In this document: piece after piece, positions 50,875 through 63,838 of the stretch
Position numbering within the stretch: position 1 is the stretch's first letter
Layout: the number at the start of each line of letters is the position of its first letter
Source of the DNA: Paraspadella gotoi
Lineage: Eukaryota > Animalia > Chaetognatha
NCBI GenBank assembly: GCA_051294375.1
Contig: CM119264.1
Location: 6,776,502-6,840,501 of the forward strand
Direction: 5' to 3'
Length of the DNA stretch: 64,000 nucleotides
Program-made: the position numbers and the translations under genes
The notes under the pieces: generated by a model
Seen by the model: the letters and a program-made list of their open reading frames with translations, nothing else
What the model was told of the DNA's origin: nothing
Database searches by the model: none

Positions 50875-52084
50875 TTACATACAAAGGATTAAACCATGAA
50901 TAGAAAACTATAATTATATAAATTTTATAATTTCTAACCATTACACAAAATTGGGATCGACCCCACTCAACCTAACATAACTCCCTGCATTTTGCTTATA
51001 TTTATTGTTAACAACAATCATGAAGACGTGATATTAGATGAAAAAATGAAAATACGAAACGCGTTGAGGGGAAAATAATGAAAAAAAATTGACGGCGTCT
51101 TTCCTATGCGTCAGAAAACCTTACGACTTCTACTTCCCGTCCCCAAGAAAGCAGGCACCGAACGAAGCGGAAGTTTTTATTGCCGGTGCCAGCTCATACT
51201 GTCATCTGCCACATCTATCAGACCTCCACGCCTTTTCTGCCCGCCATTCTCTTCACGTCTGCACGGGTTTCTCGACACATCTCCCGCATTCCGGTGTCAG
51301 TTCTACTTTGATATGACAGTAGTAAATTCCGGCAGAAACGAACATCTTCTTCAGAGTTTTTAGCCGGATATATGCTAATAGCAGATTCCGGCTCGATGAT
51401 TCACTTTGTTGGTCCGTCGGTCCATCCCCACGATCTTGTTGGAAAATCACTTACATAATCTGAAAACATCAAATTATGGTAAATTATGAAAAAAAAACAA
51501 AAAAAACAAACAAATACAATGTCCGTCTGTCCAACCGTCTGTCTGTCCGTCCGTTCATCTGTCCGTCACCTCTTCGCTTTGATTGCCAATTAGTAATAAG
51601 GATGGGGCGATTAAGTTGAAATTTTTTTTGTGGGTAAAGAATGTGTGATTGAGCGAGAAATTAAGTTTTAATGAAATCGTCCAGATGGAAATGGAAAAAA
51701 GTATGAGCAAACCGGCTAAATAAAAAAAAATGTTCTATTTTTTTCTTATGCTTTTTTTCCTTTTATATTGAATGTAAATAAAAGTACTCTAACTACAACA
51801 GTTATTTAAATAATTAATTAATAATAATAACAAGTTTGAGCAAACAATGCCGTATCTGCTCATGATTATTAGCAGTAAGATTAGCTGCTTAAGGTTAATT
51901 GTTGCGAGCAGATTCGACATTGATAGCTCTAACTTGTTTTTACTTTTTAGAGTGCTTTCTCAGGAGGCCGCTAGATGGTACTAGTGTGTCCTATATGCGT
52001 CTGGTCCTACTATTTTTTTAAAATTATTAAGGACTTTCGGTTCGTTGCGTTTGAATGTAGAGAAAAGAGAAAAAAAATTTGTTT

Positions 52085-53456
52085 TTGTTTTTGTTTACAT
52101 ACAACATTATTTTGCGCTGATGAAGGCTAAGAACCTAGCCAAAACATGTACGTTTTATCTTTGTCAATTAAATTATGTTGTATTAAAAAAAATTTTTTTT
52201 AAAAATCTTTTCTCTATATTATTTACCTCAAAACCTTAAAGAGTATATTCAAACCATATAAATTTAAAACATATTCTGGTCTTGACTAACAACAAACTTG
52301 TGTTGATGTTAATTTTAAAAGCTGACATCATAGTGACTGGTCTTGAGCCGATGCGGAGTCACTAATTTGCATTAAAAGCCGCAGCATTTGGCTAATACTC
52401 AACGCAATTGCGATATCCTAACCGCAACCGGTCGGCTAAACCGCACTACACCCCCTCCGTATCGCGGTATCGCGTCGTAGCCCGACCGCGTCCGACCGTG
52501 CCAGACCGAGCCCGCGCGGACTCAGGAGGCGACGGGGACTCATAAAACAAGTTTTATTGTCTTCGGGTGACGCTGGGTAATTGGAAAGGTCGGACATGTA
52601 GAAAAGAAGGGGGGGGGGGTTGAAGAGGCGGCGGGGGAAAAAAAATCAAATGCCCTCGCGGAATCTTGGAGAGGGATTTTATCTTCTTTTATTTCCTCCC
52701 TGCGACGAGAAAGGGAAAAAAAGAGAGGATAAGAAGACTAGAAAGTGAAGGAAAGAGAAAGAGAGGATAAGAAGACTAGAAAGTAAAGGAGAGAGGGAAA
52801 GAAAGGATAAGAAGACTAGAAAGTAAAGGAGAGAGGAAAAGAGGAATAGAGGGAAGTGGGAAGAAAGTGGAGTGAGAGGGAGAAAAAGAGTAAGAAAATG
52901 AAAGAGTAAAACAGAAGAAAAGAAATAAGAAACCAAAGGAAACAGAAGAAAAAATGTTATGAGAGAAGAAATGAAGAGAAAAAACGTTAATTAAAATAAA
53001 GAAAAGGTGAACAAAGAAAGCACGCCCGAGCAGAATAAAAAATAAAATTAAAAAAAAAGAGCATGGACAAAGTTTGCACAACTCTCCATGCAAGATTCGA
53101 CTAATCAGTAAAGGTGATTGAATCATTCACCAATTACAGTACAGTACATGCATCTGTTTGGTACGGCGAAAGTTTTTTTTTTTCTCTGTCTTCACTCGTT
53201 CTTCTTTTGTTTCAGAAGACAGCAGTCGACAGCGGACGGCAAGAGCGGCTGCTGGCGGTAGCGGACGGCGTCTGACAGTAGGCCATCGGACGGCAACAAA
53301 CGGACTGACAAACGGACGGAAAATCCGCTGATTTAATTGACGTTCTCGTTATCCCGGTTTTCTTTATTTTCCTTGTTAATGGGTCTAGTTTCGTCTCTCT
53401 TCTCTTTTTCATTTTATTTTTTCAGTTTTTAATCGGATCAGTTTTGTTACGAGGCC
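52085..53456 (+). repeat. Left arm of the second long inverted repeat (~1.4 kb)
   Basis: Reverse complement of 57267-58498; the inner boundary is sharp at gttacgaggcc. Confidence 0.95.
52114..52153 (+). ncRNA. Minimal hammerhead ribozyme motif with GAAA>AAAA (G12A) change
   Basis: GCG-CUGAUGA-A-GGCUA(agaacc)UAGCC-AAAA-CAUGU-A-CGU. Confidence 0.75.
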
Positions 53457-53665
53457 GTGATTTGATCAATTAATTGATTAATTGAATAATTAATGCAGCT
53501 TGTATTACATTTAATAAAAAAAGAAAAAAAGCAAATAGGGAAATAGGTTTTTTGTTTTTTTCATTTAACTCATTTCCACATTGAACGATTCTTACAAATC
53601 TTACAATTTTCATAGTAAAAATTTTACTTGTTATTTGTTAACAAAAAAGATTATTTAAAATTATT

Positions 53666-55470
53666 CTACCAATGAATTACATGTCTAAAGAGAGTATTTT
53701 TATAAATAATAACAAATCTGTCAAATGTAAAATTTTTAAAGGATGGAAGCAATGTGCACTCGAAACCGAAAGCGATCCGGGCTAAAAAGTAAGGATTGCA
53801 CCCGAAAACGGAGCGGGAGGGGTCTTGGAAGCGCCGGATTGGCAGCGGCGGAAAATTCGATCGCTTCCACATCTCTGAAGGAGACGAATGTTCACAGATC
53901 TTCATAAATTTTGGTCTTTCGCATCGGAGGTCTTCATCAAGGATCGTTGAAGGATGTTGTGTGCGTGCCTGATGTGCCTGAAGTAGTGTCGATCCTTTAT
54001 GTGGTTACCTGCGGTAAGAGAAATTTGAATTTTTGAAGATTTTTCTGTGACTTTCGGTTACGGTTGTTCGTGATTGGGAAACTCACCTTTTGGCTTCGCC
54101 AGGATTGTTTGACGTTTCAAGGGGTTGATGGCGTTTCCTAGTCAGTCCGTCATTAACTTCGAGATCCGATTTCGTTCCTGCGGGGGCAGAAAGATGTATT
54201 TCAGAAAGCGTGTATATCGCTTTACCAATGATCAATAACCACTAGTTTACCTTTACGGTTCCATTTTTGGAATTCGGATTGGGTCCGCGCGGTGCCGTAT
54301 TGTCCTTACAATTCGGGCTGCCATTAATATTCACGTTTCTGACGTCGGTTGACTCCGTCGAAAGATTCGGGTGAAAAATATGTCGGATCCGGAGATCGGC
54401 CACCGGGGTCGAGTTACAACCGCTCGTCTTCGCTGATTCGTACCTAAGTAAAATTAGTATATCAAGTTCAAAGTCGGCCACCGCGGCGTCAGTTTATAAC
54501 CGGCTTTGTACTTCGATATTAAGGCATATATGTTTGGTATTGCTCAGAGTTAGTATTAATTGCCGAAGATGTTGCGCCTAAAATCATTGAGAATTTTAAT
54601 AGTCAGTCAGTCAGTCAGAATGATATTAGCTCCAATGTTTCATTCCCCCTGCGCTTGTGTCAAATTTTTTCAGGATCAAATATTGTGTCTTTTTCAGTTA
54701 GCGGGCAAACGTGTTTTTAGAATGTCAGAAATTGAAGTCCAGTTTTTCTAGTGTTTTTTGTTTTACACGGTCGTCCTTGCGGCTTAACCGAAGCGCGCCG
54801 TTTCAAGTTTTAATTTTTTCTTTTTATTTTGAGAGTCAGGTTCGTACGTTGTCGGCTATCGTCACACGGCGCTCTCGCAATTTCGTGGGTTAGATGAGCG
54901 GTATCTTCAGCCGTCTTCGTGATCCGTTCGTACAAGTCGAACTTCAAATTCTGTTCAGGGTAAATAGTTCATTAGTTTTTTACGACTTAATCGTGCTTAT
55001 TACATCATTGGTTACGATTAAAACGGTTTGATGATTTGTACCCCCTTCGGTTCTCGTCATTGAAACTTGAATTAAAACGCGTGTGGAGGGAGGGTTTAGC
55101 GCCGGTCAGTTGTCGTCTGTCGTCGCTGCCCGTCTGGTCGTTCGACGCGTTTTATAGAAGAATGATTCTGTTTTGAGGTATCTGCAGCGTTTTTTAGGCT
55201 TAACAAGTAAGTCCGGGCGCATTTTTGCATACTCGAGCATTTTAAAATTCTTCCTTTCTACTTTCCTCCCCTGCCCAGACGGATATTTTAGATTGTTGTT
55301 TCTAGACATGCTCAGGTATTTGGAATGCTTTTGGCATGCCCAATAGCGGGGGTGTTACGAAATAACTATCTATATATCACGAAGAAATCCAGCTTCTCCA
55401 CCTTTTCCCGCATGCTCTTTTGTCTTTTTTACTGACGCAAGAATTGCCAGCTTTCCAGCGATTACAGAGA
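53666..55470 (-). pseudogene. Decayed multi-exon gene of unknown product with short introns
   Basis: Clear introns at 54178-54250 (73 nt, GTAAAC..CCGCAG) and 54009-54086 (78 nt, GTGAGT..CCGCAG), plus an acceptor CTAATTTTACTTAG at 54444. Exon 54087-54177 is open (GTKSDLEVNDGLTRKRHQPLETSNNPGEAKR), but the neighbouring exons have in-frame stops. Confidence 0.55.
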
Positions 55471-55492
55471 CATCTTTTGGTTTAGACTTTTG

Positions 55493-55540
55493 TTATATAT
55501 ATACTTAAGTACAGATTCCGTGGCGGATTCTGATTGGTTC
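55493..55540 (-). promoter_or_regulatory. CCAAT + TATA promoter
   Basis: Minus strand aaCCAATCAGaatccgccacggaatctgtacttaagTATATATATAAc, directly upstream of the decayed gene. Confidence 0.55.
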
Positions 55541-55725
55541 ATCGGATTTCGATAGATTTTAATTACGATTTATCGATATGAACGATCAGATCTGTCATTC
55601 TTGCACTTTTCAGTTCTCTTGAAAATCTCGGAATCTTTAGTTTTAGAAAACTATTTGGTAATTGCTGGATTGGTGGACTTTCCTGTGAGAGAAGCAACTT
55701 TTTGTTACTATTTTAGTTCAAAACA

Positions 55726-55789
<64 letters not shown>

Positions 55790-55962
55790 TATTTTCTACT
55801 GCATAGAGTGTATAAATAAGAAGACTACGTTAGTTTTATTGCTAAATGACAAAGTTAAACTCGTTTAGAAGGAATAAAAAATATAAATTTTAATCCATTG
55901 AGAAGGCTTTTAAGTTTAAAATCAACAGAGATAAATGGGTCTTAAAACTCGCGCAAACCAGT
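55726..55962 (+). repeat. (TTA)n plus a ~170-bp segment, duplicated directly at 57025-57264
   Basis: Shared tctactgcatagagtgtataaataagaagactacg...ctcgcgcaaaccag. Confidence 0.93.
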
Positions 55963-55995
55963 GNNNNNNNNNNNNNNNNNNNNNNNNNATTGGAT

Positions 55996-56044
<49 letters not shown>

Positions 56045-56083
56045 TCTCTCTCTCTCCTCTCTCTCCTCTCTCTCTCTCTCTTC

Positions 56084-56117
<34 letters not shown>

Positions 56118-56257
56118 TCTCCTTTCTCTCTCACATCGATTCTTGCGCCGTCGGAAATCCCTGGGAATGCGATTCTTAGCCGCTAGGCGTTTTCTGCAAT
56201 GATGGAAAGATACCGCGAACATAGAAAATCTCTTCTCTCTCTCTCCTCTCTCCTCTC

Positions 56258-56288
<31 letters not shown>

Positions 56289-57022
56289 CTTCTCTCTGCC
56301 CTCTCTCTTCTCTCTTCTGACCTTCTCGAAAACAAGGTACCCCTTGTTCATTTGTTTCCCGCGCCATGCTGTCGACCTCTGGCGCGGGATTGGTTTAACC
56401 CAACGCGCCGCAGTCCCGTGAGTCATTGCTAGGGATTTCCTCTTTGAGGTTTTGACCGACCCGCCCCACTGATGCCAAGCCCTCCTATTCACCTACCCCC
56501 CCTTTTCTGAATACGCCTAACCCCCGTTTCTCGAAAAAACGATTGCACTCGATTTGGAATTCAAAATGTTGCACGCTCGCGCGTGAACCCACGCCACGCT
56601 GCGTGTTCGAGCTTAGGTGCTACGCGCGGGCCGCTGGGAATTGCGAACAAAAGGATCTGAAAAGATGCTCTATCATTTTCTAAAGACGTTGAAAATCATG
56701 AAAATACATATATTTACGTTCATTTTCTATTTCTTTATATTTTTTTTGATTTTTATAATACATATTATCAATTATATTTGCTGACCGATAGCATTAATAT
56801 ATAGGAAACATCCACCTTTTCAGCTTTTTGTTTACTGCCCAGCTTCCAGCTTTACATTAAGAAATTTGGTCTACTGTAATATAATACTTATAAATCGCTT
56901 GCGATTCTGATGCGTTTCTCCGTTCAAGTTATTGATTTTTTAAATAGTACTTCACTTTCATCCTTGATTTCGAATTTAGTTTTAGAACTATTTAATTTGG
57001 CATTTACCGTGAGCATACGTTA

Positions 57023-57076
<54 letters not shown>

Positions 57077-57266
57077 GTTATTATTATTATTATATTAATC
57101 TACTGCATAGAGTGTATAAATAAGAAGACTACGTTAGTTTTATTGCTAAATGACAAAGTTAAACTCGTTTAGAAGGAATAAAAATATAAATTTTAATCCA
57201 TTGAGAAGGCTTTTAGTTTTAAATCAACAGAGTTAAATGGGTCTTAAAAACTCGCGCAAACCAGCG

Positions 57267-58498
57267 GGCCTCGTAACAAAACTGATCCGATTAAAAACTG
57301 AAAAAATAAAATGAAAAAGAGAAGAGAACGAAAACTAAGACCCATTAACAAGAAAATAAAAGAAAACCGGGATAACGAGAACGTCAATTAAATCAGCGGA
57401 TTTTCCGTCCGTTTGTCAGTCCGTTTGTTGCCGTCCGATGGCCTACTGTCAGACGCCGTCCGCTACCGCCAGCAGCCGCTCTTGCCGTCCGCTGTCGACT
57501 GCTGTCTTCTGAAGACAAAAGAAAGAACGAGTGAAGACAGAGAAAAAAAAAACTTCGCCGCTACCAAACAGATGCATATACTGTACTGTAATTGGTGAAT
57601 GATTCATCACCTTTACTGATTAGTCGAATTTGCATGGAGAGTTGTGCAAACTTTGTCCGATGCTCTTTTTTTTTATTTTATTTTTTATTCTGCTCGGGCG
57701 TGCTTTCTTTGTCACCTTTTCTTTATTTTAATTAACGTTTTTTTCTCATTTCTTCTCTCATAACATTTTTTCTTCTGTTTCCTGGTTTCTTATTTCTTTT
57801 CTTCTGTTTTTATCTCTTTTTCTCCCTCTCACTCACTTTCCTTCCCTCTATCCCTTTCCCTCTTACTTTCAGTTTTTTTCCCTCTCTTTTACTTTCTGTC
57901 TCTTATCCTCTCTTTCCTCTTTCCTTCACTTTCTAGTCTTCTTATCCTCTCTTTTCTCCCTTTCTCGTCGCAGGGAGGAAATAAAAGAAGATAAAATCCC
58001 TCTCAAAGATTCCGCGAGGGCATTTGATTTTTTTTCCCCCGCCGCCTCTTCAACCCCCCCCCCTTCTTCTTCTACATGTCCGACCTTTCCAATTACCCAG
58101 CGTCACCCGAAGACAATAAAACTTGTTTTATGAGTCCCCGTCGCCTCCTGAGCCGCGCGGGCTCGGTCTGGCACGGTCGGACGCGGTCGGGCTACGACGC
58201 GATACCGCGATTACGAGGGGGTGTAGTGCGGTTTAGCCGACCGGTTGCGGTTAGGATATCGCAATTGCGTTGAGTATTAGCCAAATGCTGCGGCTTTTAA
58301 TGCAAATTAGTGACTCCCATCGGCTCAAGACCAGTCACTATGATGTCACTTTTAAAATTTAACAAATATAACAAAATCAAAAAGATTTTAAAAAATGTTT
58401 TTTTAATACAACTAATTTAATTCAAAGATAAAACGTACATGTTTTGGCTAGGTTCTTAGCCTTCATCAGCGCAAAATAATGTTTATGTAACAAAACAA
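57267..58498 (-). repeat. Right arm of the second long inverted repeat (deletion-rich copy)
   Basis: Reverse complement of 52085-53456. Confidence 0.95.
58433..58472 (-). ncRNA. Mirror copy of the G12A hammerhead motif
   Basis: acgtacatgttttggctaggttcttagccttcatcagcgc is the reverse complement of 52114-52153. Confidence 0.75.
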
Positions 58499-59056
58499 TC
58501 AAATCTCATCATTAGTGCGAGGATCCGGAATGCATGAATAAAGAGATGGCGGGAGAAGAGAGACTTAAGATGAACTTGAATCAGAATCATGTGACTTCGG
58601 ATCGAAAAAACTTTTGAGGAGAAAATTCGACCTTTGAAGGGAAAAGGGCGAAACTTCTAACCCCGCCCTCTGTTGGGGAGGAATTGAAAGGCGTAGGGGT
58701 TGGAACTGGGACAGGAAAGAAAAGAAAAAGAAATATAAAAAGATAGAAAGGTAGGTTGTTTAAAGTATTAAAAGAAAAGATCTAAACCATATATTTTAAA
58801 AAGTGGAAAAAGGAATGTTAACGTACGTATAGAAATAAAAAACTATTAGAGCGAAGGTAAGGAAAAAAATAATTTTTCTTTTGGTTTGTTTTCCCCTTCG
58901 CGCTATGTAGTGTTTGGGTAACGAAATGAAGTAAGTCACACGAAAAGAAAATAAAAGAAAATTAATATCAGACAAAAATAGGAAAAAAAAGAAAAAGTAG
59001 AAATAAATCGTTGCCAGTCGCAGAGAGACGAGGTGCAATTATTCAGTGAGAGAGAA

Positions 59057-59093
<37 letters not shown>

Positions 59094-59721
59094 AATAGTG
59101 AGAGAGAGAGAGAGAGAGAGAGAGATATAGAGAGAGAGAAAGTGAGAAAGAAAACGACAGAGAAAATAATAATGGAACCGTAAATAGAAACAAGCTGTCA
59201 GCGAAAAAACAACTTGTGGCCCGAATTCTGATGAGAATTAATGAGCGTTTGAAGCCCCACGAGGGGAGAGCAAACGTTTCCAAACCGTGTATCACCACCT
59301 TCTCCTCGTCTCTTCCGTTACATCGTCTCTCTCTCTCTCTCTGTCTACTCTCTCTCTCTCTCCTCTCTCTCTCTCCTCTCTCTCTCCTCCTCTCCTCTTC
59401 TCGTAAATTCGCTTAATCCCCTCTGCCTAACGATTTTTTTTAACGAATCTTTCAGTCAACAACAAAGAGAAAAAGAGTTTTTTCCTCTTTCTCCTTTTTT
59501 CTGAAAATGAGGAAGAAATGTATTAAAATAGAAAGAAAGTGAAAATCTCGGTTGAGAGTACGAAATATTTGGAGGGATTTTTAAATAATAAATATATATT
59601 ATTTAAAAATATAATCGATCAATAAGAGAAATAAAATTTAATGAAAATTAAGTTAGAAGCAAGACAGCTAGCACTAGCTCATTAAATTCCAAATTATAAT
59701 ATTGATATGTGCCAATTTGTA

Positions 59722-59982
59722 TCATATACATACTAAACTTTCTTGAATTTTGATCTTAGGCGAAATGTAGTGATAGTTTGCGAGAGAGTTTAAGATATGT
59801 ACCATCAATTGAAAATAGTCATGCTTTCGCTCTATGATATAATTAGTAATTAGGGTGAACTCTACTCGCTTGTTTGAAAGAATAAATGAATTTTTTGCGT
59901 ATTGATTGACAAATATAAAACTTGGCATAAATGAACTTTTTCTAATTGTTCCATAGTTGGAGTGTTTCTTTATTTTTATCAT
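59722..59982 (-). mobile_element. Possible decayed 3' end of an L2/CR1-group LINE ORF2
   Basis: HSNYGTIRKSSFMPSF..NQYAKNSFI loosely resembles the H-x-Y-x-TR...kNSF C-terminal motif of these LINEs. Confidence 0.25.
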
Positions 59983-60047
59983 TTATGTCCTGGTATTCTC
60001 TTTCTTCTATCTCCCCTTCAATTCTATCATTATTCACTCACATTACG

Positions 60048-60085
<38 letters not shown>

Positions 60086-61007
60086 ATCTCCTCTCATCTC
60101 TCTCTCTCTCTCTCTCTCTTCTCGCCCTTCATCTTCTCTCTCCCTCCCTCAATCTCGACTATCTCTTTTCGTTTCCTCTTATATCCATTTACGCTCGCAA
60201 GTCCCCGAGAGAGAGCGAGAGAGTGAGGAACGAATCGAAATTTCTTTTCTTTTCTCTCGCGATGAAAAGAAACAAAGAAAAAGTTTTTCATTTGGACAAA
60301 AGAACTAATTGACTTTGAAGGCGGAAACGAGGAGACTCGTACAGACTCGAGGGGGGGCGTGGGGGAGGCGTGGGGGGAGAAATGATTTTGAATCGAGTTA
60401 AAAGAAGAAAATAATGACGGAAGCGATTGTGAATAGAATCTCTGTGAACGCGATTGCATTTGTGAGGATTAAAGTATGAGATATTACATAGAATTCGATT
60501 TTTTTTTCTCGGGAAATCTAATAAAAAAAGAACCGTATGTATTAAAATTTAAATATTTTTAAATCTAAAAGAAACATTAAATTACTATGACTTTAAAATT
60601 AGCCAAACCCGACAGTATGGATTTCTAAGAAATGCTCCAGTTCTTCTTCCTAAAAATCTCCGCCCAAATTCACAGGGTTCGTTTCTCTCTCATTCATAAG
60701 AAATGAGAAACGGAAGAAAAAAAATCTTTGGAGCGACTGAGTCGATTCTGGGTTCACCGAACTCACCTGCGGTAAAGGTAAGTTCACATCCCTACTTTCT
60801 CTTTTGCTCTTATTTGTCGTTGTCGTCTTCATAGCCATCGTTTTAGATTTTTTTCAATGCTGGGAAAAAAGAATAGACGTGAGAAAGTGTCAAAAAAAAT
60901 ATATACCAAAAATTGAAAAAAGAAAGAAAAAAGAAAGAAAAGACTTGAAAAAGAAAGAAAAAGGAAAGAAAAAAAAAGGAAAAAAGAAAGAAAGAAAGAA
61001 AGAAAAA

Positions 61008-61071
<64 letters not shown>

Positions 61072-62008
61072 GCGAGATTTCCATCGAATCACACGTCCTC
61101 CCCCAAAAGGATTTTCATATCCTTTCTTTTCTTCTTCTTCGATAAACGAAAAAAAGACATTTTTTTCTTTCTTTTTCTCTCGATCTTCTTTTCTCGGTCG
61201 CTGACATTAACGACCCAGTTTGTTGTGACGGCCATCGCGCCGACCGCCGGGTCCGCCGGCGCCGCTGCCATCGCTTTTTTGTGGCGCCAGCGTCGTCCTC
61301 GTCCCTATAACGCGCCGCCCGGAGCCATGCTCGTTTGCATCTGTCGGCATCTGGCGTCATCTGGCGCCGAAAGTCCATCCTCGCCCAAATTGACCCTCGA
61401 TCTTTTTTTTTTTTTTTGTTGCTTCAATCGATGTTTTTTTCTCTTTTTTTTTTTGCCCAAAGTGTCGTTGGCATTATTGTCGTCGTTTTCGTTGGGGTTG
61501 GTATTACAAAATAACTTAAAATAAAACATGGAATTTTACCAGGAATTAATGTTTCTATGTATTATTTAAGATTTCTAGGCGAAACCAAAGTGGATTTTAT
61601 TTTATTTATTTTATTTTATTTTATTTCTTCAGCCCATTCGATCATTGGCCGGTGCCATTTGTGTCTTGACCAATGAGAGAGTTCCATTTCTGATTTCGGA
61701 TTTTTTCCGACTCGCCGATCCGATTTAGATTCCGCTGCGATGGTATATTTGTAAATATATGTTTGGATTTTATTAACTTTCCAGACATTCTAAATCCTCA
61801 ACTTCACAAAAATGAAAGACACTTAAAATTTAATAAAGTAAGATCGGACTAAAAAACATATATAATATCGTATCGACTAGATTAAATTAGATTTAACCCC
61901 TGCTTACAGTATAAATAGATCGATTGTCCTTTTGTATTTCAACCGTAGAATTGTTGTTGTTGTCATCGATCTATCTGGTAATGAAGCGGTCAAACTTTTT
62001 CGTCTCCT

Positions 62009-62009
<1 letters not shown>

Positions 62010-62070
<61 letters not shown>
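62010..62070. repeat. (GTC)n trinucleotide repeat
   Basis: About 20 tandem GTC units. Confidence 0.97.
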
Positions 62071-62679
62071 TCCTGCCGACGGCGTCGTTGTTCTTTTCAA
62101 TTTAACCCGATGATGTCGTCCTTCGCTTGTTTTCTTCTTCCGGTGGAGGCGAAGTAGAAAGCGGGAAGAGGAGGAGGAGGAGGAGAAAGGGGGGAAGGCT
62201 GAAGATGAGAGAGGGAAATAGAGAAATATCTTTTCAATGAGAAACGTGACGATTTTTTTTTTTGGTTTTTTGTTTTTATAGAAATTTCGTGATATTTGAC
62301 AAAAATCGTTAATTCATAAAAAAATAAAAATAATAACATGTGGAAGACGATACCGCGAGCAGTTCACCGTCCGTTGCACAAAGAGTCGCGAAATTCGGAT
62401 CGGGAGCCAGTCAGTCACTACAGGTGAGTAAGACGCCCCGTCCCGCTTTTACTTTCGTGAATCAGCAAGGCGAAAACACGAGTCCTTTGAGTTGGGAGGA
62501 GCTAGTGCTACCTCAGGCGCAATAGGTGCTGCTGATTCTCGGCCGAGTAACGGGGTATGAAATACTACCGCTACAAACAATAGTTTTTGCTCATCGATTT
62601 TTTTTTGTTTGCTGAGGAATCTAATTAATGAAAACGTCGAGTAATCAAGGAAATACAAAAAAATGTAAATAATGCACAT

Positions 62680-62724
<45 letters not shown>

Positions 62725-62839
62725 GTCTCTCGTGTCTCATTATTGTTATTATCATTTTTATTCTGGGTTTTAATTATTAATTTCTCTCCTTCGCCAACTA
62801 ATCTCTTTCTCTTTTTCCGTCTTTTTTTCTCTTCGCTGC

Positions 62840-62963
62840 ATCGGTCTGTCTGTCCGTCGGTCTGTCTGTCCGTCGGTCTGTCTGTCCGTCGGTCTGTCTG
62901 ACCGTCGGTCTGTCTGTCCGTCGGTCTGTCTGTCCGTCGGTCTGTCTGTCCGTCCGTCTGTCC
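62840..62963 (+). repeat. 16-bp tandem repeat TCGGTCTGTCTGTCCG (~7.5 units), GTCY-type; a related short tract lies at 51520-51567
   Basis: Read directly from the sequence. GTCY microsatellites are characteristic of Helentron-derived HINE/DINE-1-like elements. Confidence 0.9.
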
Positions 62964-63778
62964 CACTTACTTACTTCAATATAAGGGACAGCAAGGGTCG
63001 CCTTAAGGAAATCCTAAAACTATAAAGAATAAAAGACGTAATTCTAAATACACGGGCTACGAAAGTTATTGTAGTCATGTAGTCATGTCACATCACATCA
63101 TGTCATTACATGTCACGTCATGTCTTGTCATATCCCGAGATATACAGGTGATAAGGCAGTAACATTTGAATTACTTGTTTCTTTGTTTTTGTCTTTGTTT
63201 ACATGTTTCGTCGCGTGCCAAAAGATGAATCTAAGCCTTGAAGTCGTTATGCAGATGAGATTAATTTAGTCCTAAAATTTGCATCGGGAGGAAAAAGAAA
63301 AGAAGAATGAACTAAACGATCAGAAATGAGAGAGATAATTCAGTTTTGTTGCATTTCCCATCGATTAATGAAAAGATCCAATTATGTTGAGGCTTTTGTG
63401 TGAACATTTTTTTTTTTAAATGAGGCTGCAACTTTAAGATTTCTGCGCTTTTTCTCTCACCTGCTAGTGTAATAAAATGGAGTACTCAGGTACTCAACTT
63501 TACCTTATCATTTCTTTATTTTTATTTCAATGAAAAGAAAGAACTCTTTGTTATTATTAGCGTCTTTTGTTTTTATTAAAAAAACAAAAATAAAAAAAAA
63601 GAAAGCTCGACCTTTTGCTCCAGAAATGAGAAAGGCGAATCTCGATTTTCTGCTCCTACGAAAATCTCTTGTTTATCCTTTTACTTGGCCCTTTTGCAAG
63701 CGACACAGAGTTGCTCGCTCTTTCTCCCGAGGCTGAATTTGAAAAAATTAGTTCGCGATGCACTCTCTTCTCTCTCCT

Positions 63779-63838
<60 letters not shown>

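Noticed and set aside
52330-52545. HDV-like ribozyme or snRNA gene (octamer ATTTGCAT at ~52364)
   Set aside because: I could not build the nested double pseudoknot or recognise an snRNA; it is noted only as a structured GC-rich block.
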